The notes beneath the pieces were generated by a model that worked only from the letters and a program-made list of their open reading frames with translations, had not been told where the DNA came from and did no database searches. This document shows, piece after piece, positions 57,745-64,000 of a stretch of DNA of 64,000 bases. The translations under genes were made by a program, and so were the position numbers. Positions within the stretch are counted from its first letter, which is position 1, and every line of letters begins with the position of its first letter. Origin of the DNA: a virus; IMG/VR virus record IMGVR_UViG_3300034418_009484, positions 28,393-92,392 of that record; one strand, written 5' to 3'.

Positions 57745-58583
57745 AAAAGTTGTGGAGAGTTCTTACATCTATTTTTTACTTCTTCTATACCATATTGTTT
57801 AATATCATGAACCGCTCCTATATTTTCAGAACAATTCAATTTTATTCCACAAAATGCTGCCTCTGCTATTGTTCTACAGAATGGCTCAAAACCTACTGGG
57901 TGATAGAAAAGCTCTGTATATTTGTTAAATAATTCTGGCATTTCTGAATGAGATTTTTTACCAATAAACTCTGCATTTTTGAACGAATGAATTATATCTT
58001 CAAACGACTGATGAGAAGTCCATCCTGCTATAACAAATTGTCTGGATGGATTGTTTATGATTTGTGAAAATAAATTTTGCGCACCTTTTAGGGTATGAAT
58101 GAACCCAGCGTACAAAGTTTTATCTTCACGCTCTAGATTATAATTGTGAAATCTAGAGTCATCAATAGGAGAGGGGACAATATCTATTTTATCAAAACTA
58201 ATTGGATAACTATATTGTCTTACATATTCTTCGTAATGATATTTAGATAAGAATATTCTTTTTTTAGCAGAACCATGTAGCATAACTCTTTGATCTGGAG
58301 ACAGATACGAACTAGAGTCATGTTCAAATTTTACATGATTTTTATGAGAAGTAATAAAATCCCATATACTTTTTACATCTGGTCTGGATAATATATTGTG
58401 CATATATCCAGTAACTATCATATCATATTGTTTATTTACAACTGCATCTAGAGGAGAGTTAAAAATAAAATGATCTATTTCATATCCTAAACTTTTGCCA
58501 AAGTTAATTATAAAATCATCTGTTCTCTGAGCGCCTCCAGAATTTTCATTTACTGAAAAATCTGACATCCACAATACATTCAT
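57726..58583 (-). CDS. Glycosyltransferase family 4
   Basis: GGAQ, LKG, EPFCRTIAEAAFCG. Confidence 0.82.
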   Translation of the reverse strand: MNVLWMSDFSVNENSGGAQRTDDFIINFGKSLGYEIDHFIFNSPLDAVVNKQYDMIVTGYMHNILSRPDVKSIWDFITSHKNHVKFEHDSSSYLSPDQRVMLHGSAKKRIFLSKYHYEEYVRQYSYPISFDKIDIVPSPIDDSRFHNYNLEREDKTLYAGFIHTLKGAQNLFSQIINNPSRQFVIAGWTSHQSFEDIIHSFKNAEFIGKKSHSEMPELFNKYTELFYHPVGFEPFCRTIAEAAFCGIKLNCSENIGAVHDIKQYGIEEVKNRCKNSPQLFWETVI

Positions 58584-58623
58584 TTATTTTTCCTAAAACT
58601 CGCGTGTCCTTTATATAACCAGA

Positions 58624-59121
58624 CTATGCACCTGTTACTCCAATTATTGAATAACTTATAGTGCATCCTGATGTACCAGCATTTGTAATTGATAAATCTT
58701 TATTGCTTCCATCAACATCAACACCAGAAATAACATCCCAATATTGAAAAACACCATAAGCCTTAACTCTTACATTGCCGCTCCCGCCATTGAAAATCTC
58801 TGTAAGGCCATTTCCTGTAGCTCTCACCAATACATCTGTACCAGTCTGAGTTGCTTCATTGTATATACCTATAGCTTTTACTTTTTGAAAATTTACGGTT
58901 GGATTTAAATCAAACAAAGGTTTTGGTAAAGCCTGCATATCTAAATAAACTTTTTCTCCAACCCCCAAATCTACCTGATTGTAAACACCATAGTCTGCCT
59001 GACCACTTCCAATTCCAGAATAAAGAATTTTAGTTGTATTTATAAAACTGCTCTCAGAAGCGTTTGTATCTCGTATCTGATAGCCTATTTTTGACGTTAA
59101 TGTTGAAGTTGTATTTGCCAT
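58624..59121 (-). CDS. Hypothetical beta-rich protein, possibly virion-associated
   Basis: G/T/S/N-rich, low Lys, starts MANTT. Confidence 0.5.
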   Translation of the reverse strand: MANTTSTLTSKIGYQIRDTNASESSFINTTKILYSGIGSGQADYGVYNQVDLGVGEKVYLDMQALPKPLFDLNPTVNFQKVKAIGIYNEATQTGTDVLVRATGNGLTEIFNGGSGNVRVKAYGVFQYWDVISGVDVDGSNKDLSITNAGTSGCTISYSIIGVTGA

Positions 59122-59579
59122 TATCTTCTACCTTTAAATTTTACTTTTTTTATTCTGTATGGTTCCCAATAAATTCCAGTATTTTTAGATTTTTTTGGCA
59201 ATCCCATATATAAGTATGAAAAACCTGCATTTTTGTTGGAAGCTCCGTTCACCTTCAATCCATTTTGATCTTTTCCAACTATTTTAAATACACCAGTATC
59301 TCCCATGCAAATTTTTTCACCGACTTTTAAATCTTCTGATTCTCTACTGCATACGAAATAAGGACCGCTGCCTTGTATAACTTTAATATATGATCCTATT
59401 TCGATATTTCTCCAATCTGTTATCTCATTTTTTATAGGAATATTTTTTGAAACAAAATCAGACAAGCAATATTTACACTTTCTGCTTCTGGCAGCATTAA
59501 CAGAATTGCATTTTTTACATAATTTTTGACCACGACTTAGTTTAATTTCCATTTTATCCCCAATCTTTAATTCTATCAC
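59121..59579 (-). CDS. Zn-ribbon protein
   Basis: CKKC..N..R..KCKYC. Confidence 0.6.
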   Translation of the reverse strand: MIELKIGDKMEIKLSRGQKLCKKCNSVNAARSRKCKYCLSDFVSKNIPIKNEITDWRNIEIGSYIKVIQGSGPYFVCSRESEDLKVGEKICMGDTGVFKIVGKDQNGLKVNGASNKNAGFSYLYMGLPKKSKNTGIYWEPYRIKKVKFKGRR

Positions 59580-59904
59580 AAATAAATTTTAACTGATCCC
59601 ATTCTCCTAATTCCATATAACTAACAAGTCCTACCTCAAAAGAGATAGGTTTTGGAAGTCTATAGAATTTTTCTATATTAAAAAAATAATCAAAATACTT
59701 TTGATAAAACTCGCGTGCAACAGCAGGCATCTGACTATTGTATACAATAATACCACTGTAATTTTGTAAAGTAATACAGAGAGGTGAGACATAGACAAGT
59801 CTTTCTGGAAGCTCTAAAGATTCTTGAAAAGCCAGAGATAAAGGGCATTTTCCTTTTTCTGGTTTTCCAAGTCTAATATGCTTCTTTGCTACTCTAATCA
59901 TCAT
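59554..59904 (-). CDS. Hypothetical protein
   Basis: V..KHI..G....CPLSLA motif seen in small phage proteins. Confidence 0.55.
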   Translation of the reverse strand: MMIRVAKKHIRLGKPEKGKCPLSLAFQESLELPERLVYVSPLCITLQNYSGIIVYNSQMPAVAREFYQKYFDYFFNIEKFYRLPKPISFEVGLVSYMELGEWDQLKFICDRIKDWG

Positions 59905-60031
59905 CTGTAGATTCTAGCACCGCAAGTCGGTTTACTTCATCAATTTCTATGATTTCATATTGACGACCATGTAACTCAACTATGTCTCCTATGTCCCAAG
60001 AATCCCTGATTTCAGCAACAACTACGCTCAT
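59894..60031 (-). CDS. 45-aa acidic protein
   Basis: ATGA overlap with the ruvB stop; MSVVVAEIRDSWDIGDIVELHGRQYEII...; fills the gap; not in the ORF track. Confidence 0.55.
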   Translation of the reverse strand: MSVVVAEIRDSWDIGDIVELHGRQYEIIEIDEVNRLAVLESTDDD

Positions 60032-60930
60032 AAAGCTATTCTCCCTTTAGACGACTTACAAATCAAATTCAACCTAAGCAAAAACGGTTCTATAACAGAC
60101 TCAATAGTTTCTTGGTCTATATTTAAAGCAGAAGAAATTGTTGATATTCCTACCGGCTTATTTACTTTCTTTAAGAATTTTAAATATCTTCTGTCATTTT
60201 CAGTTGATCCATCCATACCAATTCCTCTCATGGACAGAGAATCCCTCAGATCGCTCTGTGTGATCCATTCAAGGTCTTTCGCGATGCCGTAGTCTCTTAC
60301 CCATTCAAGCAAGGCATTTGCAATTCTAGGAGTTCCTCTGCTTGCTTTGGCTAGACTGATTATTGATTCATCACTTATGGGTATCGACATGTTTTTGCAA
60401 TTAGTTTTAATTATTTTTGCAATAGAAATATAGTCGTATAGCGAGAGACTAAATTTCAATTTAAACCTATCTCTAAAGGGTTGAGGCAGCTTTCCTGCCT
60501 CTGTAGTTGCACCAATCAATGTAAATTTTGGTAGGTCAATGGATAGTATTTCCTTTTCCCCTTTTTCATTTTCAGAAGGAATATCAAATCTAAAATCTTC
60601 CAAAATAGTATATAAGGATTCTGTAGTCTTTTTACTAAGTCTATGCACTTCGTCTATAAATAATACTTCGTTTTCCTTGATATTAGTTATAACAGGTAAT
60701 ATATCTTTGAATGTTTTTATATTACCTCCAAGTATTTGTTTTGTTTTAACTCCAAGCTCATTACCAATAGCTACGCTAAATGTAGTTTTACCCAAGCCAG
60801 GAGGTGCGTCAATCAAAACATGACCTAACGCATCTCTCCTAGTTTTTGCAGACTTTATAGCTATTGATAATGCTTCTTTAACTTTGTCTTGTCCAATAAT
60901 ATCATTAAAATACTTTGGTCTTGTCGTCAT
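60028..60930 (-). CDS. ruvB: Holliday junction branch-migration ATPase RuvB
   Basis: RPK.F..IIGQ, PPGLGKTT, FIDEVHRL, FTLIGATT, PFRDRF, RGTPRIAN, IEPFL, KGR. Confidence 0.93.
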   Translation of the reverse strand: MTTRPKYFNDIIGQDKVKEALSIAIKSAKTRRDALGHVLIDAPPGLGKTTFSVAIGNELGVKTKQILGGNIKTFKDILPVITNIKENEVLFIDEVHRLSKKTTESLYTILEDFRFDIPSENEKGEKEILSIDLPKFTLIGATTEAGKLPQPFRDRFKLKFSLSLYDYISIAKIIKTNCKNMSIPISDESIISLAKASRGTPRIANALLEWVRDYGIAKDLEWITQSDLRDSLSMRGIGMDGSTENDRRYLKFLKKVNKPVGISTISSALNIDQETIESVIEPFLLRLNLICKSSKGRIAL

Positions 60931-61252
60931 TTTTCCCTTTGTTTTGCAAAGCTAATAGTATTATTTCTTTTTTGGTCTTTCCTTTAATATCTATGGATTT
61001 TACCATAGATTTTGAATCTTCCTTAGTCCATCCTAAAGAAACCAGAGATGATATAGCCTGCTTGACATTATTATCTTTAACAGTATCTTTTTGTGAAACC
61101 AATGGTTCGATAATTAATTCTTCCCAGCAAGAATCACATTTATGATTAAATATCTCTTTAGGAATGTCCTGTAATTGAAATGTTAAAAAACAATTAGGGC
61201 ATTTGTAATTTATAATTACAGAATGTATTTTTGCCTTTAACCTTTTTCTCAT
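60905..61252 (-). CDS. Zn ribbon fused to RuvA C-terminal-like domain
   Basis: CPNC..CDSC, then QAISSLVSLGWTKEDS..II.LAL like RuvA domain III (AxxALxxLGY); overlaps the ruvB start. Confidence 0.65.
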   Translation of the reverse strand: MRKRLKAKIHSVIINYKCPNCFLTFQLQDIPKEIFNHKCDSCWEELIIEPLVSQKDTVKDNNVKQAISSLVSLGWTKEDSKSMVKSIDIKGKTKKEIILLALQNKGKNDDKTKVF

Positions 61253-61632
61253 TAATCGTCATCCCAAGACGAGATGCCTTCGTCTACAGGCTCAGGCTCA
61301 ACGACAGGCTCAGGCTCAACGACAGGCTCAGGCTCAACGACAGGCTCAGGCTCAACGACAGGCTCAGGCTCAACATTAAACATTCCTTCAACCTCAAGAT
61401 ATTTTCCAGAAAATACTACACCAGAGCATTCTTTCGCTTCTGCAACATACGATTCCTTGTCATATTCTCCGTAAACAACGTCAACTCTAATTTCTTTTCC
61501 TGCCGTAACTGGAATTTCCCATACCTTATCCTTATCTTCATTAAGAAGATTTATATTAAAATACGGACTTGCGATTAGCATGACATTTATATTCTTTTCA
61601 CGATCATCTTTTTTAACTGTTAGTTTATACAT
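61252..61632 (-). CDS. Hypothetical protein with EPEPVV repeats
   Basis: 126-aa ORF with acidic repeat tail. Confidence 0.65.
   Translation of the reverse strand: MYKLTVKKDDREKNINVMLIASPYFNINLLNEDKDKVWEIPVTAGKEIRVDVVYGEYDKESYVAEAKECSGVVFSGKYLEVEGMFNVEPEPVVEPEPVVEPEPVVEPEPVVEPEPVDEGISSWDDD
61286..61375. repeat. 18-bp tandem repeat x5 (acaggctcaggctcaacg)
   Basis: Five near-identical contiguous copies without spacers. Confidence 0.95.
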
Positions 61633-61901
61633 TAATTGTCTCCTTGATCTTTAAAATAGTTATTTTCATATAAGTCTAAATACACCTGATTTACTTGATT
61701 AGAGTCAACAAATATGTCATCTTCGTGCATTTCAAACCCTTTTTCTGAAACTCTGTAAGAACCATTTATCATAGCAGTATTAAATTTAAGATGAATAGCT
61801 AAGGCACAGGCAGTCAATGGGTCGTCAGCAATAGTTAAAAATTTTGCATCATCACCTATTTTCTTTTCAATTTGCCAATCTACAATATAATATTTTTTCA
61901 T
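61632..61901 (-). CDS. Hypothetical protein
   Basis: 89-aa coupled ORF. Confidence 0.55.
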   Translation of the reverse strand: MKKYYIVDWQIEKKIGDDAKFLTIADDPLTACALAIHLKFNTAMINGSYRVSEKGFEMHEDDIFVDSNQVNQVYLDLYENNYFKDQGDN

Positions 61902-62681
61902 CTAATTGTCTCCGTTATTTACAATTTCACGAAGTACATTTTTTGTATTCTTAATGCTCGATGAAACTATATTGGGAGATACATTTAATTTATTTGCAAC
62001 TATTCTGATTTTATTAGATTTATTAAGATGTTTTATCCAAGACATGAAAATATCTTTATCAGTTTTATCAACGATATTATCCTCAACTAAATTGATTATG
62101 TCTGCCAAACAACCTTTTATTTCTGCTTTTGTTTCTCTAAGAATTTTATTTTCATTAAAAGATAAAGATGTATAGTCCACTCTTTTTGTTTCCATAATTT
62201 CCATAAGAATTTTTATTCTCCTTTCTTTAAGTCCTGTCAGCTTGGATATTTCACTAATGTCATTTGAATCGACTCTTTTGATTTTGTTCATGTGACCAAC
62301 AGCATGTTTTGTAATATCATATCTAGTTTTTACATTATACTTTGAATCTTTAATCATGTCAATCAAATAATTGGTAACGTATCTAGTGGCTATTGTTGTG
62401 ATACTGGATTTGTTTATGTCCCAATTATCCACAGCTTTTATTAAAGCTAAGTTTCCCTGTTGAATAAAATCTTCTAAGTCAATATGCTTATTATTAAAGT
62501 GAAATTTATTTGCTATATTGTATACTAATGGTAAACATGAGTTTATAATTTCATTCCTAGATGAAATATCTCCACTTCTCATATCCTCATACAATTTAAC
62601 TTGATCTTCTTTTTCAAGAGCTATGTAAATTTCAGATATTTGTTTGTTATAAATCATTCTATCTCCCATTAATAGTGTCAA
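61902..62681 (-). CDS. Sigma-70 family sigma factor
   Basis: RNEIINSCLPLVYNIA, EDFIQQGNLALIKAVDNWD; region 3/4-like HTHs. Confidence 0.85.
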   Translation of the reverse strand: MTLLMGDRMIYNKQISEIYIALEKEDQVKLYEDMRSGDISSRNEIINSCLPLVYNIANKFHFNNKHIDLEDFIQQGNLALIKAVDNWDINKSSITTIATRYVTNYLIDMIKDSKYNVKTRYDITKHAVGHMNKIKRVDSNDISEISKLTGLKERRIKILMEIMETKRVDYTSLSFNENKILRETKAEIKGCLADIINLVEDNIVDKTDKDIFMSWIKHLNKSNKIRIVANKLNVSPNIVSSSIKNTKNVLREIVNNGDN

Positions 62682-63237
62682 ATCTTAAATCATTAATAAT
62701 ATCTTCCACACTCTTGCTTTGAGGCAAGGTTAGTCCTCTCCTTGTTTTTGTAGGATGAAATTCTCTATCTTTAGCTTCGGGATCAATCTGTGCATGTGTC
62801 TCCCTGTATATCTTAGAGCGAATTATTCTACGGATCTTATTATCATTATATTTTATCTCATAATATCCAGTTTTCCAGTTTTTTTTGGGTAGAAATTTAC
62901 TATCAACATAGTCGCCTCTGTATTCGCTTGCCCACATCCATTGTTTTTTTCTTTCTAAAGTCTCAAGGGTTTGTTCTATTTGCCTTCTTGTTGTTTCCCA
63001 TTTTTTTTCTCCTTCTTTTGTTTTTTTGTAGGCATCATCCATCATGATCCATTTTTCTACATGGAATTTGCAATCAACAGAGTGCCAGTCCCACAGTATA
63101 ATCTGGGACCATACTTGAACACCCCATTCGTTATGATAATGATTTACTTCGATCATGTCAAATGTATCGACGATTAAATTCTCATCACCTAATCTAAATA
63201 GAGATAAAAATAAAATCAATCCCATGAATAGATCCAT
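62659..63237 (-). CDS. Exported hypothetical protein
   Basis: N-terminal hydrophobic segment; D.IEVNH..Q.ILWDW, RETH.Q.DPE..DR motif. Confidence 0.6.
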   Translation of the reverse strand: MDLFMGLILFLSLFRLGDENLIVDTFDMIEVNHYHNEWGVQVWSQIILWDWHSVDCKFHVEKWIMMDDAYKKTKEGEKKWETTRRQIEQTLETLERKKQWMWASEYRGDYVDSKFLPKKNWKTGYYEIKYNDNKIRRIIRSKIYRETHAQIDPEAKDREFHPTKTRRGLTLPQSKSVEDIINDLRFDTINGR

Positions 63238-63380
63238 CTAGCAATTACCCCAGTAATAAATAAGTATAGGAATATTGAAGAAAATACTACAGACAAAACT
63301 ATACACAATCCTCCCCAATCTATCAACGGTTCTTGATATTTTGGTTTTTTATGCTTTGGAGGTTCGTATGGGTTCTTCAT
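63216..63380 (-). CDS. 54-aa NPYxxP membrane peptide
   Basis: ATGA overlap with the upstream gene; MKNPYEPP..WGGLCIVLSVVFSSIFLYLFITGVIARW; not in the ORF track. Confidence 0.55.
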   Translation of the reverse strand: MKNPYEPPKHKKPKYQEPLIDWGGLCIVLSVVFSSIFLYLFITGVIARWIYSWD

Positions 63381-63736
63381 AATCCCTGCACCACTTCCAT
63401 ATCAATTCCTAATTCTTGACAAACTAATTTACATCTAAGAATATACACTTTTTCTTTTGTTTTACTTTTTGTAAGTAAGATTACTTTTGGTTTCTTTCCT
63501 GTAAATATACCATACAGAACAGCCTGAGCCGGTGCTTCTTTCCACTTGGTCGCCCACTCGACTTCAATAGCATGAGTTTCATTTAAAATATCACAACGAC
63601 TTCCATCGTCCATAATCACTTCGGTTTCCCAACCATTCTTGTCTGCAATAATCGCAGAGTTCTCTACCTCACTAGAAAACTCATCACTCGCCTGTAGTGG
63701 GGTTAGTAGTATTAATAAAACTAATATTTTTAGCAT
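63377..63736 (-). CDS. Signal-peptide protein with PD-(D/E)XK-like fold
   Basis: MLKILVLLILLTPLQA signal; RCD..AIEVE..QA..Y. Confidence 0.6.
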   Translation of the reverse strand: MLKILVLLILLTPLQASDEFSSEVENSAIIADKNGWETEVIMDDGSRCDILNETHAIEVEWATKWKEAPAQAVLYGIFTGKKPKVILLTKSKTKEKVYILRCKLVCQELGIDMEVVQGL

Positions 63737-63739
63737 GGT

Positions 63740-63898
63740 TTAATTTTCCCGTATAATATTTAAAATGGTTATTGCCATAGATTTTAGTGCCGCCTGATCT
63801 GATGTTGCTGGGCATCTGACTATCTGTTTTCTACAGACATGCTCGATCTGTGCCAACTTCAAGGTTTTTTCTAATAGTACATCATCTTTGCTTTTCAT
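63740..63898 (-). CDS. 52-aa hypothetical protein
   Basis: GGAG RBS; MKSKDDVLLEKTLKLAQIEHVC...; not in the ORF track. Confidence 0.5.
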   Translation of the reverse strand: MKSKDDVLLEKTLKLAQIEHVCRKQIVRCPATSDQAALKSMAITILNIIREN

Positions 63899-64000
63899 TT
63901 GTCAACTCCATAAAATATCTACCATCTTTTAGTTCGCCCATAATACCGCCCCTAAACCCCCAATAACATTTAATATCTTCTTTGCTATAGATAGTAAAAG

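Noticed and set aside
59121-59579. Ribosomal protein L40e-like call
   Set aside because: Only the CxxC..N..R..CxxC spacing matches; a generic Zn ribbon fused to an unrelated domain.
61286-61375. CRISPR array
   Set aside because: The repeats are contiguous 18-mers without spacers and lie in frame within a CDS.
1881-63177. All plus-strand ORFs in the track
   Set aside because: Each is antisense to a well-supported minus-strand gene, with no recognisable motifs; shadow ORFs.
1-64000. tRNA/rRNA genes and stop-codon reassignment
   Set aside because: No cloverleaf or T-loop found in the few intergenic gaps; TAA, TAG and TGA all end full-length genes under code 11.

Overview
A 64-kb, AT-rich (roughly 30% GC by eye), gene-dense segment. 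Essentially every real gene is on the minus strand, often with ATGA/TAATG-type overlaps. The content fits a large (jumbo-type) tailed phage. Several exported proteins (DUF1501 with a Tat signal, CPxGNC..RR tails, an NPYxxP membrane peptide) point to a Planctomycetota host; this is inference. In transcription order (right to left): sigma-70 factor, RuvB with a Zn-ribbon/RuvA-CTD partner, a ~19-kb glycan/nucleotide-sugar island of 25 genes, SSB, an exported-protein module, nucleotide metabolism (dut, guaC, degenerate deoC, class II nrdJ), ClpP, a holin-like/papain-protease cassette, RecA, DnaB, DnaG, dNMP kinase, a Cas4/RecB-like exonuclease, an intein-free split DnaE with a DEDDh exonuclease gene between the halves, a second short sigma factor, a second glycosyltransferase cluster, a NUMOD3/Vsr-type homing endonuclease and a Rad52/Sak-like annealase. 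The best novel candidates are: (1) a ~215-nt pseudoknotted leader RNA with mutually exclusive terminator/antiterminator pairing in front of nrdJ; (2) the three-part Pol III; (3) a holin + C1 protease lysis-like cassette; (4) RuvB with a mini-RuvA; (5) a strand-biased CACGCGAGTT motif. All calls come from motif recognition by eye; no searches or folding programs were run.
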